From positions 186,001 through 250,000 of IMG/VR virus record IMGVR_UViG_3300033997_000243: a stretch of DNA of 64,000 nt; one strand, written 5' to 3'. Positions 8,973-19,100 of this stretch are shown here, one piece after another. Positions within the stretch are counted from its first letter, which is position 1. The number at the start of each line of letters is the position of its first letter. The notes beneath the pieces were generated by a model, which saw nothing but the letters and a program-made list of their open reading frames with translations, was not told the DNA's origin and did not search any database. The translations under genes and the position numbers were made by a program.

Positions 8973-9470
8973 TTATTTCGATTTCTTAACATCTTTTAAA
9001 ATATAGGCAGCTAATTCAGCATACCCACCAGAATTTTTACCAGCACGATCTACTGGTTTGCGTAATTCAGTTAGTTTGTCAATTTGCTTTTCAACAGCAG
9101 ACAATTCTTTACGTAATTGTTTTTGTTTTTCCTTTAATGCTTTAAGTTTAGCATCATTCAGAATTTTGTCTGTGGTTTCAATATTCTTTTCCTCAGAACT
9201 TTGCTTTGAAGGTTTTACATAACTATCAAATATAAACTTAGATCCAATTTCAAGTATTGGTATAACTTTGGTCACACTGGAATTACCAAAAGCATTCTTT
9301 ACCGTAATTTTTCCAGCACGTATGCTTTTAACTCGCACAGCTTTTTCGTGTTTAATCCACTGTCCTACAGTGCGGCCTCTTACCGCAAACTCTTGCTTTT
9401 CTCTCAGCCAATAAACTTTTCCAACTTCAGGCATACTACGCTTAGCGCTTGTTGAGACTAGAATTTTCAT
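8973..9470 (-). CDS. leader-family protein (MKILVSTSA), small beta-barrel plus coiled coil
   Basis: shared leader; AAGGA SD. Confidence 0.75.
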   Translation of the reverse strand: MKILVSTSAKRSMPEVGKVYWLREKQEFAVRGRTVGQWIKHEKAVRVKSIRAGKITVKNAFGNSSVTKVIPILEIGSKFIFDSYVKPSKQSSEEKNIETTDKILNDAKLKALKEKQKQLRKELSAVEKQIDKLTELRKPVDRAGKNSGGYAELAAYILKDVKKSK

Positions 9471-10051
9471 TTTGATTCCTTGAGTTTTTTAAACATTGCC
9501 TGAATCTGTTTTTGCTTTGGAGCAAGTTCATCATGTAGACGATTAAACTCTTCTTCAGACTTTGCTTTAAGAATTTTATAATGATACTTGTGAATTTCGA
9601 TCAATCTCATTATAACTTCTTTTTCACGCTCTACAGCATTTGGGCCATTTAGAGCTTGTGTGATTTCTCTAAGTGCTTGCTGTGCGAGATTAATCCAACG
9701 TGTTTTATCAACGTCAGGCTCCCAAGTATAAACAGCTTCCATATATTCATCGGAAATTTTTTGACCAGCTGTTCTTGGTTTGTCAGTAGTGGCCTTTGGT
9801 TTTCTTTTATTTGGATCAAATGGAATAACAGAAGATTTACTTGAATAGCCACCTATCTGTTTGAATTCTTTTTCCTTTGATGCCCAAACTTTAATATCAG
9901 CTTCACTCATTCGTCTGGCTAAAAAATCGTCCATTGCACTATCTGCCAGCTTAGCCACTTGTCTATCTTCAGATAGTGTTTCGCGTTCAATAGCTTTATA
10001 CGCCAATTGTCTGATTGTAGGTCTAGCACTAACGCTGACTAAAATCTTCAT
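9467..10051 (-). CDS. leader-family protein (MKILVSVSA), helical
   Basis: shared leader; TGATG coupling to the upstream stop. Confidence 0.75.
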   Translation of the reverse strand: MKILVSVSARPTIRQLAYKAIERETLSEDRQVAKLADSAMDDFLARRMSEADIKVWASKEKEFKQIGGYSSKSSVIPFDPNKRKPKATTDKPRTAGQKISDEYMEAVYTWEPDVDKTRWINLAQQALREITQALNGPNAVEREKEVIMRLIEIHKYHYKILKAKSEEEFNRLHDELAPKQKQIQAMFKKLKESK

Positions 10052-10650
10052 CACACATCCTTTAATAAGTCTGCCGAAATGAACTGTCCTTTTTCGAGAA
10101 CAGTTTTGGGAACTATTTTAATACTGGAGTCTAAATATTTAGCAATCTTTTTTGTTGCATATATTGCCTCAAGTTTTCCTTTTCCTTTCCCTATTATTTC
10201 TTTTTCCTTCCACACCCAAGGTTCATCACGCCAGTCGAAAATTTTTGACACACTAGGATCTTTGTTCTTGCTGAGTGAATTCAGATGATCGATCAGAGAA
10301 TCTATATCGAATGCTCCAGCTTCGACATCAACTTTATAAAGTACACCAAAATCTTGCATCGATTTTGATCCGTTTATCTTTATCTTGGCGAATTCCTCAG
10401 CAACCTCACGATCAATAGAAAAACTAGAATCACCAAATACTGCGGTTCTTTTTAAAGTTTCAAATGATTTGGCCGGAAGTTTCATTCCTCTATAAGCTGT
10501 TTGTTTCATTTTAGTTATAAACATTGGAAACGCGGCTTTCATTTTGGGAACTAGATCTTTGTCATTTGTATGAATCCAATCAGACAATAACTCAATCTTT
10601 TCTTTGTTTAAGGATAAGGACTCTGAACTTAAATTTACTAAAATCTTCAT
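10051..10650 (-). CDS. ADP-ribosyltransferase (R-S-E clade) with MKILVNLSS leader
   Basis: AYRG, SSFS..REVAEEFA, GVLYKV and EKEII motifs; start at 10650 by GAGGA SD and ATGA overlap. Confidence 0.7.
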   Translation of the reverse strand: MKILVNLSSESLSLNKEKIELLSDWIHTNDKDLVPKMKAAFPMFITKMKQTAYRGMKLPAKSFETLKRTAVFGDSSFSIDREVAEEFAKIKINGSKSMQDFGVLYKVDVEAGAFDIDSLIDHLNSLSKNKDPSVSKIFDWRDEPWVWKEKEIIGKGKGKLEAIYATKKIAKYLDSSIKIVPKTVLEKGQFISADLLKDV

Positions 10651-10925
10651 TTCATTTCCTCGAAAACGACATTCCAATCTTGTTCAAGTTGATGACGATC
10701 TGGATCAGTATCATAATAAGCGGCAATCGCATAAACTAATTCGCCAATATCACCGGTCAACGTAAATGTTTTATCGACAATTGCCATTGCTTTTGGCATT
10801 CTGGAAATTTTTACCTTTCTACCAACTGCTTTTATTTCGTCTGAAATTTGTTGAGTCGATGAATTCTTTTTAGCCTTAACATGAGCAACAAAAGTACGAG
10901 CAGACAAACTAACTAAGATTTTCAT
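10647..10925 (-). CDS. leader-family protein (MKILVSLSA)
   Basis: start at 10925 with GGAG SD; shared leader. Confidence 0.7.
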   Translation of the reverse strand: MKILVSLSARTFVAHVKAKKNSSTQQISDEIKAVGRKVKISRMPKAMAIVDKTFTLTGDIGELVYAIAAYYDTDPDRHQLEQDWNVVFEEMK

Positions 10926-11238
10926 TAGATTCTCCAGAATAGTTTCCAAGACTTGAGTAACTATAATAAAGTGTTACACAAGTTGGACTGCCTGTACTAA
11001 TGTGACCATCATTTAATTGTGCGCCAAACTTTTCATTAAATTGCCTTGGAATATCAACACACATTAGTTGAGGCACCAACTCTTTCTGAATTTCACGATC
11101 AGTAACCAGCAGTGAAAGATAAATGGCTCCGCGTAAATCTTGTTTTGGTGGGTCAATAGCTACTTTTAAAAATGAAGCACCTACTTTACTAAGTGCTGGA
11201 ATGCTTGCAAATGCCTCAACTAATTTTTCTGTACTCAT
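10909..11238 (-). CDS. hypothetical protein (no leader)
   Basis: AAGGTG SD. Confidence 0.6.
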   Translation of the reverse strand: MSTEKLVEAFASIPALSKVGASFLKVAIDPPKQDLRGAIYLSLLVTDREIQKELVPQLMCVDIPRQFNEKFGAQLNDGHISTGSPTCVTLYYSYSSLGNYSGESNENLS

Positions 11239-11247
11239 ATCACACCT

Positions 11248-11736
11248 TTAATAACTATCAACAGCGGAATAGTCTATGTTATTCAAATCAAGTACGTGAG
11301 TAATGCCTTTAGCTACAGATAGATCGACTGGATCAATTGGATCATTAATTCGTATTGCTGCATTTATCAGATCATATGCAGACCTGAATTTATACTCATT
11401 GCTTACGGTTATAGTTAAATCTTGTAAAATTTCTTTAGCTTTATTAAATGCCGCAGCAGAAACTTCTTGACGGATTGTTTTAATTCTAGGAAACGACTCT
11501 CCTGTATGGAAATTTTTAATTGCTTCAGTTAATTCAGAGAATTGTTCAGGGAGAATTGTATGCAATCGTTTACCCAAAGAATTGCAAACTTTTTCAGTCA
11601 AATAGATAATGTTTCTTAACTCTGGAGTTGGCCCTTTGACTTTCTTAATAAGAGAACTTAATTGTTTATTGAATTTGGTAATCTGTTCACCTGTTGTTAA
11701 GTGCTTAGGTGCGCTTAAACTTACTAAGATCTTCAT
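11248..11736 (-). CDS. leader-family protein (MKILVSLSA), paralogue of 11781..12254
   Basis: shared leader; AFNKAKEIL and DPVDLS..KGITHVL match the neighbour. Confidence 0.75.
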   Translation of the reverse strand: MKILVSLSAPKHLTTGEQITKFNKQLSSLIKKVKGPTPELRNIIYLTEKVCNSLGKRLHTILPEQFSELTEAIKNFHTGESFPRIKTIRQEVSAAAFNKAKEILQDLTITVSNEYKFRSAYDLINAAIRINDPIDPVDLSVAKGITHVLDLNNIDYSAVDSY

Positions 11737-11752
11737 TTTTCTTTCCTTAACG

Positions 11753-11777
11753 AAAATATGGGCCGAAGCCCTATTTT
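11753..11777 (-). terminator. C(UUCG)G hairpin between genes (leaky terminator or stabiliser)
   Basis: GGGC-TTCG-GCCC followed by ATATTTT. Confidence 0.55.
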
Positions 11778-11780
11778 ATA

Positions 11781-12254
11781 CTACACCTTTATTCCGGCCA
11801 TTTTCAGTGCATCAGTAACGCCTTTATATTTTGAAAGGTCACTTACTGGATCTACGTTATCTAAAAGCCTTTTACAGGCGATTGCTAAATTTTTAGCGGT
11901 TTCCCAAGTTTCAGCTTCTGATCCAGTAAGCTTTGTTTGTGCAACAATTTCTTTCAATTTTTTGAAAGCTGTTTGACCTAACTTCAAAAACTTCGGATCT
12001 ACATTGCTGTAATCAGGAGTTATATTTGAGGCACTTGTATCACGAACTTGATCTGTAATTTCCACCATCAAATCGTAAGATTTTTTCAGGGAAGGGTGGC
12101 CACGAAATCCATTACACAACATTGTGCAATTGTTTAATATTGCCCAATGATCAGAATCAAAATGCTTAAACTTTTTGAAATACTTTTTAACAGCGGCATC
12201 TGTCGTAGCCAAAGTAACTTCAGATTTTGCACTTAAGCTTACTAAAATTTTCAT
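11781..12254 (-). CDS. leader-family protein (MKILVSLSA), paralogue of 11248..11736
   Basis: shared leader; AFKKLKEIV and DPVSDLSKYKGVTDAL. Confidence 0.75.
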   Translation of the reverse strand: MKILVSLSAKSEVTLATTDAAVKKYFKKFKHFDSDHWAILNNCTMLCNGFRGHPSLKKSYDLMVEITDQVRDTSASNITPDYSNVDPKFLKLGQTAFKKLKEIVAQTKLTGSEAETWETAKNLAIACKRLLDNVDPVSDLSKYKGVTDALKMAGIKV

Positions 12255-12273
12255 TTATTTTCCTTAATGAAAT

Positions 12274-12289
12274 AGGGGCCGAAGCCCCT
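12274..12289 (-). terminator. C(UUCG)G hairpin between genes
   Basis: AGGGGC-TTCG-GCCCCT. Confidence 0.6.
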
Positions 12290-12293
12290 TGTA

Positions 12294-13328
12294 TTAATTG
12301 TTACCCAAGAAATCTGCTGTAGTAATATGGCTTACTTCAACAACATTGCTTGTTTGTTTATTTGTTGCAACAAGTTTAGCAACGAATGTACCTTCAACCG
12401 CAGCAGTCGGCTGAACGGGTGGCGTAAGTACAGGTTTGAACCAAGCCAAACTTGTACTGTTCTGCACACAACGGAATTGTGGATCGCTTCCACTGTCAAC
12501 AACGTCAGGAACTGCCGCACCAATATCAGTTGTAAGACGCAGAATATATTTCGCACCATCCCACAACAAACGCCAGATCAGCGGATTGGTTTCAGTACCA
12601 TCTGCACTACGATACATAATCAAATCGACATCGTAAAGTTCTGTAATGTTTGTGATAGTTTCGTGTTTACTACCAACACTCCAAGTTACATTCCACTGCT
12701 CGTTATTATTAGCTAACGTCAGAACAGAAGTATTCTCAGACATTACACGACCTTGATCCCATTGACTACGACGATAACTTGTTAACGCCAATTCAATCAA
12801 ATCGTTTTTAGCAATTGAGTATTTCGTACCTGGAATTCCAGTTCCAACATAAAGCGTTGGAGTACCACCAGCTTTAAGGAAACGGCTATCAATTGGTGCA
12901 ATCAAACCGTAAACAGTTTCACCTTCTGGAATAATTGGTTCGGGAGTAACGGGCACAACGATTACACCAGCTTCCTCGATCACTTGTTGAATTTCTTCTT
13001 CATAGTATTCGTTTAAGAAATTTTGAACAGCAGAATTTAATACTGTTGTTTGGCCAGCCGAAGTTGTATTAAACTTCTCTGAAATATCTAACCAATTTTC
13101 AACAATGTTGTTGCGTAATGCTTCAATATCCTCTGGAATTACAGGAGGAAAGCTTTTAGCATCAGTCAAGGCAACTTGTACGGCTCGTCCACCAACTTGT
13201 TGTCCAACAAACATAACTGGATTAAGTAACGGCACTACTTTAATATCGGACGCAGTAATCTTTTTAAGTTTGGCCAATTGATCAAAGCCAGAAATGATTA
13301 CTGTTGCGTATTGAAAACTAACTTTCAT
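12294..13328 (-). CDS. hypothetical protein, probable virion structural protein
   Basis: 344 aa; beta-rich C-terminal domain after a PVTPEP linker; GGAG SD. Confidence 0.5.
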   Translation of the reverse strand: MKVSFQYATVIISGFDQLAKLKKITASDIKVVPLLNPVMFVGQQVGGRAVQVALTDAKSFPPVIPEDIEALRNNIVENWLDISEKFNTTSAGQTTVLNSAVQNFLNEYYEEEIQQVIEEAGVIVVPVTPEPIIPEGETVYGLIAPIDSRFLKAGGTPTLYVGTGIPGTKYSIAKNDLIELALTSYRRSQWDQGRVMSENTSVLTLANNNEQWNVTWSVGSKHETITNITELYDVDLIMYRSADGTETNPLIWRLLWDGAKYILRLTTDIGAAVPDVVDSGSDPQFRCVQNSTSLAWFKPVLTPPVQPTAAVEGTFVAKLVATNKQTSNVVEVSHITTADFLGNN

Positions 13329-13362
13329 TGTTCCGCTCCATTTGTGTAGGTTCCAACTTAAA

Positions 13363-13869
13363 TTATGTAGATAGGGCCGAAATTAGATTCTGCACAAACT
13401 TTTCATAATCAACTTGACCTGTTTTGGTAGCGCTTGCTGTCCTTGCTAATAAATCTGCTTTGTCATTTCCTTCTATTCCGCTGTGACCTTTTACCTTTGT
13501 CATTATTAATCGACCAGACTTATAAAGCTCGTATAATGGTTTGATCAATTCTAAATTTTTGTAGGTTCCGCCTTCAGGTTTTCTCCAATTGTTTTTGGCC
13601 CAACCTTTTGCCCACACAGTAACGCAATTGATTGCATATTGACTATCTGTTAATACTTCAATAACGCAAGTTTTATCCTTAGACAATTTGAAAGGATATA
13701 AACACGCAAGCAACTCCATCTGATTATTTGTAGCATGTCTAAAGCCTTTTGAATATTCTTTTGTTAGTGTTTTACCAGATTTTTCTTTTATCAAAAATAA
13801 TCCAATTCCAGAAGGTCCGGGATTGTTGATGGATGAACCATCAGTATAAGCCAGTATTTTAGACATCAC
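13363..13869 (-). CDS. rnhA: ribonuclease HI
   Basis: YTDGS..NPG, TNNQMEL, TDSQY, KVKGHSG..GN..AD.LA motifs. Confidence 0.95.
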   Translation of the reverse strand: MMSKILAYTDGSSINNPGPSGIGLFLIKEKSGKTLTKEYSKGFRHATNNQMELLACLYPFKLSKDKTCVIEVLTDSQYAINCVTVWAKGWAKNNWRKPEGGTYKNLELIKPLYELYKSGRLIMTKVKGHSGIEGNDKADLLARTASATKTGQVDYEKFVQNLISALST

Positions 13870-13885
13870 ATATTTTCCGTTGTCG

Positions 13886-13911
13886 CTAATTTATAATCAT
13901 ATATTTACAGT
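13886..13911. promoter_or_regulatory. divergent control region: plus-strand TAATTTATA and minus-strand ACTGTAAAT candidate promoters
   Basis: both motifs recur upstream of other genes on their respective strands. Confidence 0.45.
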
Positions 13912-13924
13912 TTCGAGGTGAACT

Positions 13925-14215
13925 ATGGGACTTCCAGTAATAGTAAAGGGAAATAACAGCACAGGCCATCCACCTGGTTTTCCACCAACTCCAGCCGTTC
14001 AAGCAAGTACAAAAGTATTTGCTGCAAAACAACCTATTGTGCGTCAAGGTGACAAATATAAAATACATTGCTTTAACGGCAGTTGTCATGTGCCTACAGT
14101 GGTAAAAGCAAGTACAAAAGTTTTCATTCAAGGAAAAGGTTGTACACGATTGGGCGATAAACTTAGCTGCGGTGATACAGCAAGTGGTGGAATTTCAAAT
14201 GTGAGGGCAGGTTAA
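13925..14215 (+). CDS. PAAR-repeat spike tip protein (T4 gp5.4-like)
   Basis: GH..FPP, three PAAR-like repeats (STKVF..K.PIVRQGD), H/C metal ligands, RLGD.LSCG. Confidence 0.9.
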   Translation: MGLPVIVKGNNSTGHPPGFPPTPAVQASTKVFAAKQPIVRQGDKYKIHCFNGSCHVPTVVKASTKVFIQGKGCTRLGDKLSCGDTASGGISNVRAG

Positions 14216-14649
14216 TGTTCTTTCCTTCAGTTAAATTGGTTAATACGTCTGTAGAGCAAGCTGTGTTTTCTTTTAGATACAGTGACGCTAACCTTGATTT
14301 CGATTCTCAGCCTGATGAATTCATCTATGATATAGATGCAGTCATTCAGGCTTTTCTGCTTTTATTGGCCACTTCAAAAAGAGAACGCTGGTGGCGGCCA
14401 GAATATGGAACATACGATCTTGAAAGATTATTGTTTGAGCCTTTCGATATTGTTACTGCCGACAGAATTGCAGAATCTATTAGGTCTACGAATGAACTAA
14501 GAACAAATGGAAATACTCGCATAGAAATAAGTGGTGTTTCTGTTCAACCTGTTTACGATTCGCAATCTTATTATACAACATTGAGAATAAGTGTGCCTTC
14601 ATTGAATGCAGAAAAGTCTGTAAGTTTTACACTAAGACGGCCAACTTGA
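14215..14649 (+). CDS. baseplate wedge / sheath initiator, gp25-like
   Basis: LL.T...ER.WRPEYG....LLFEP motif. Confidence 0.9.
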   Translation: MFFPSVKLVNTSVEQAVFSFRYSDANLDFDSQPDEFIYDIDAVIQAFLLLLATSKRERWWRPEYGTYDLERLLFEPFDIVTADRIAESIRSTNELRTNGNTRIEISGVSVQPVYDSQSYYTTLRISVPSLNAEKSVSFTLRRPT

Positions 14650-14663
14650 TATAGGGGAATTTT

Positions 14664-16127
14664 ATGGTACGTGCAACAAATTTAAGTAAAGCCGTTGGGT
14701 TCCAACAACACGTAAATGCCATACTAGAAGATTTCAAAAAAGAATATGTGTGGGCCGATAAAGAAAAAAGTAGTTTAGCAATTTTCCTTGTAGATGCTTT
14801 GGCTGGTATAAGTGAAGTTGGACAAACCCACACAATGTTTGCGCTGCGTGAAGCATTTTTAAGAAAGGCCCGAAGAAATAGTAGCATTCTTGCTAACGTA
14901 AAGTTCTTGGGCGTAGAGTTATCAAGAAAAAGTGGATCAGCTACTTTAGCAAACTTACGCAATAACAGTGATACTTCTATACCAGTCGGAGCTTTCACAC
15001 AATTCTCTATTGGTGGCAGAAATTTCTACAACAGTCAAGGTTTCGTACTTGACGCAAAATCAAATAAAAGCGTTGTGCTGAAACAAGGCACGGTGGCAGA
15101 GAAGAATTTCAATTTAGCCAATTACGATCTTACATTTCCCGAAATATATTTAGGTGTTCCAAACTTCATTGTTTCATCAGAAGATCTTCAGGTTCGTGTA
15201 ATAGAATCGAATGGTGTAAGTACGTTGTGGACAAAACATACTGACACACTCTACGAAATGCGCCCTACCTCCAACAGTTATATTGAAAGCACAACTGAAA
15301 ATGGTGATGTTAGTTTTCTGTTTGGTAATGGTACTTATGGACGTAAACTTCCGCCAGATGCAACATTAAATGTTCGTTACATTATTAATGAAGGTGCTGT
15401 TGGTAATATCGGAAGTCCAGGTTCTCGCGTTACCGTAAATACAATTGGTGCTATAAGCGGTGTAACTGAAGAAGCAGCTGTTGGTGGATCTGATCAAATT
15501 GATTCAAATTTTTATAAATTGTATGGATCAAGTTTGTTTGAATCTCGTGGAACATTAATTCGTCAAGCGCATTGGGATGCACTGCAAAGTAGTTATCCTG
15601 ATATAGCGGATTTAGTTGTTCAGGGACAAAGAGAATTGGCTCCAGACGATCCAAGCTGGATGACTACAGTACGTCTTTGTGTGCTGCCAAAAAATAGTAG
15701 CAGTTGGGGCGGTTCAAACCCTAACCCTCAATCTGCTCAGTGGTCGCGCTTTTTAAGTTATGTGCAAGCTCGTTGTGGCAAACTTACTTTGGTGCCACAC
15801 AATCCAGAAAAAATTCTGATAGATGTATTGGTTGATGTTTATATATTTGACGACCAAGATGCCAGTTTAATGGAAGCTACTTTAACAGAAGTAGTTAAAA
15901 AGTTTTTCAGTCGTCGTACTGGAATACTTGGCCGCAAATTTGTTCCAAGCAGCGATTTAGGTGACAGCATCAAATATGAAGCTGATGGATCTAAACGCGA
16001 AGGAATAGATTATATTACTATTCTTCAACCAGACAGACCAATAACACCTGATTCTAAAGTTGCGTATGTTACACCACGTTCAATTAAAGTGCGTGTTAAA
16101 TATACTCAACGTAAACGGGATGCGTAA
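14664..16127 (+). CDS. baseplate wedge protein (gp6 / baseplate J-like)
   Basis: EAFL..ARR.SSI, FG.G.YG..LP, Y....G..GN and GGSD motifs; synteny. Confidence 0.85.
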   Translation: MVRATNLSKAVGFQQHVNAILEDFKKEYVWADKEKSSLAIFLVDALAGISEVGQTHTMFALREAFLRKARRNSSILANVKFLGVELSRKSGSATLANLRNNSDTSIPVGAFTQFSIGGRNFYNSQGFVLDAKSNKSVVLKQGTVAEKNFNLANYDLTFPEIYLGVPNFIVSSEDLQVRVIESNGVSTLWTKHTDTLYEMRPTSNSYIESTTENGDVSFLFGNGTYGRKLPPDATLNVRYIINEGAVGNIGSPGSRVTVNTIGAISGVTEEAAVGGSDQIDSNFYKLYGSSLFESRGTLIRQAHWDALQSSYPDIADLVVQGQRELAPDDPSWMTTVRLCVLPKNSSSWGGSNPNPQSAQWSRFLSYVQARCGKLTLVPHNPEKILIDVLVDVYIFDDQDASLMEATLTEVVKKFFSRRTGILGRKFVPSSDLGDSIKYEADGSKREGIDYITILQPDRPITPDSKVAYVTPRSIKVRVKYTQRKRDA

Positions 16128-19100
16128 TGAAAAGATTAAATGACTTAATGGTAGGTATTCTGAAAGAAAATCCTTTAATGGAAAGTTCACACAGAATAAT
16201 CGATGAATATTTTGTTCGTAATGTAACAAAATTTACTGAACAATTAGAAAGCATACGTACCATAACTCAAGAGACTCCGCAAGAAATTGTGGATGACAGC
16301 ATTCGTCAAATTGGTTTTGATATTCCAAGTTGGATAATGAGAACAAACGGTGAAAATATTCGCCGTTGTTTTTATCACTTGACTCAAGTTTATCAAATTA
16401 ATGGAACTCCTAATTACCCTAAATTTTTAGAGTTCCTTTTAGATCGTGGAATGCGTGTTGTAAATTTATATACGCAAGACTACGTTGAATTTTTCCCACA
16501 ACCGCTAGGTCGTTTAGTTAGTGAAGGTGGTTCTTGGTTTTTAACCACTCACGTAGATCTTGCGGTAATGGCAAATGGAATTCTTGGTCACTATCCTCTG
16601 GAATTGAATGAGCAAGATATTGCTTGGATCAAAACCAACTTAAACTATGAAGCGGCTGAACAGTGGCAAAAAGATGACATCGACTTTGATATTGATCGAA
16701 TGGTGTCTGCTGGAACAGTGTATGGTGTTAATGATGCACTGTATGCTTACATGGTGTTGGATAAGCGAATCATTGATTTGTTTTATCAGTTTGCTCCAAT
16801 AGAAGAAGTGGTACGTGGTATTTACATGACCATTACTGCTCAAGCTAACTTGTACATAACTGGAAGTTTGATTGAAGAACAAATTGATTTCATAGAACTA
16901 AATGGCCCATATCCAACGCAATCAGTTCTTGAATTAAATAGCATGTTAAGTGCAGGACAAGAATATCCTGTATATGGCCGAGTTGTCTGGTCTAATGGAA
17001 TGCAAACTCCAGAAACAGCGGTTATCACTTGGGCAGACCACGGCTATACAATAACCGAAGAAAACAAAATAATATTCGATGAAGTTGAAGCACAATTACG
17101 CAAGGATGTAATCGTCGAATACAAAATTTTAGGTGTTGTTGAAACAACAAGAATAACTTTGTACCAAGGTGATGTCGAATTAGTTCCTTCATCTCTTGTT
17201 ATAAAGGGGCCGAATGTTGTTGCCGAAAATAACACTGTTGCTTTTAACATCATTGGGGATTTTCGTGGGCCGCAAGGTGATGCGAAATTCCGTGAGATCT
17301 ATGATGTAGAAAACGTAAAATTGACTACAAATAGTTCAGATGTAATCATCGAAGGTTTTGATCTTACTGTTAAAAGAATCTTTGAAGATAAAAACATAGT
17401 TGTTCAAGCAGAGTATGAAACAAGTGAAGGTACAAAACTTTATCAGACATTTCCGCTGGTACTTCGTGCTCTACCTAAGCCAATTATTCCAATAGGTGTT
17501 GAATTTGCATTTACTCAAGTTATTTATAACTCTGAAGGTATTATTGTAAACGAAACTCCTCACATTGGCGATTTATTGCAAAACAATTATTACCGTATCA
17601 AAACTACTTTGATCTATAGCGACAATAGTTTAGTTCCAACCGACATGGAAGTAAATTGTTCTAGCTTAGCTATTGTTGTTGAAGCAGACAGAACATTTTT
17701 TGCAAGCGTTGTGAATAGTGACTATGAAAACATTTTTAGTGTTAAGTACACTGAAGGTGAGGAAGTAGTGACGGCTTCTGTCAGCAAGCTTGTTGTTTTT
17801 CCAAAAATAGTTTTGAATAGTTTGGAAATTGTTGGGCCAGATGTTTTGATGGAAGGCAAAACAGAAAACTATTCTGTTCTTGCTCACTGGAGTAATGGCC
17901 AAGTAAGTTCGGTTCCAGAAGCTCAATTGGTAAGTCGTGAAGCATTATTAGGTTCCGAATTTTTATATCCAGTGACTATTGATCGCGGCAGTGTAACTGC
18001 TCCAGTATTAGGAATGACAGCACGATCTCAGTTAACGGCCAGCGTTCAGCGTTATACAGATGGGCATTGGGTTGAAGTTACAAAACTTCTTACTATTAAG
18101 AATAATGATCGTATTGCATCTTCAATAGCAACCATCATGGCAGATCAGGTAACGGAAGGAAACAGAATAGCAATAAACTTCTATGTTACATGGACAGACG
18201 ACAAAGTAACACAAGTTATGCCAACTGCCGTGCGTTTAATAAAACAGGAGAATGGTGTTATTCACAGTGAGGCAGTGCGTGTAGATCCAGATGTTGATAC
18301 AGAAATTGTAGAAACTGGATTTGGCCCACTTCGCATTAAAATGCACCCAACTCAAACTTTTATTGAAACTGAAACTGGATTAGAATGCAGATCTTTAATG
18401 ATCGAGTATGAAGAAAGCGATACGAGTCTTAATGGTTTGTTTAGCATGGAATTCGATTATGATGATCCGTATTCTGCAAATTTAATTTCGGCAAATCGTT
18501 TATTTACAACCGCAGAAAAATTCGTAGGAAGTGAAAGTGTTACTATTCACGTACCTGACGAAATGGCTGAAGGTTCACGACACTTTGCTAAGGCCGTAGT
18601 TCGTTTTGAAAATGGTCTGGATAAAGAAGTTGAAGCCAATTGGAGTGTAGAAGATATTGAAGGTGAGACAGATGATGTTGGTGCTGATGTAAGCGTTAAC
18701 ACATATACCTTACAAAAAATAGTTTATAGCTTAATTGCTTTAGATGAAACAACGCTAATGGATATGTCATTGTCTAACCAAGATTTGACTGCGTTCCAAA
18801 TACGCAATCTTATAAATGGAGATTCAATATTTGCTGAAATGTCAAATCAACCGATTCCAGGACAAACTTGGCCACAAAAACTTTTAATTTTGTTCGCTCA
18901 ATATCCTGAACCTCTTGCCCGTTGTTTAATTCAAACTCGTTTTATAGCCGAAGATGAATTATTTGTATTACGTTGCGGTTTCTTTGCAAAACAAGATGCA
19001 CGTACAATCAAAATCATTAACCGTCCGGTTGAGCCAGATACTCCAATTTTAAGTTGGTACATAACTGGCCCAGTCGAAATAGAAGCGAATCTTTACAACT

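Noticed and set aside
8555-12254. MKILVSLS as a Sec or lipoprotein signal peptide
   Set aside because: The hydrophobic core is only 3-5 residues, there is no lipobox, and charged residues follow immediately.
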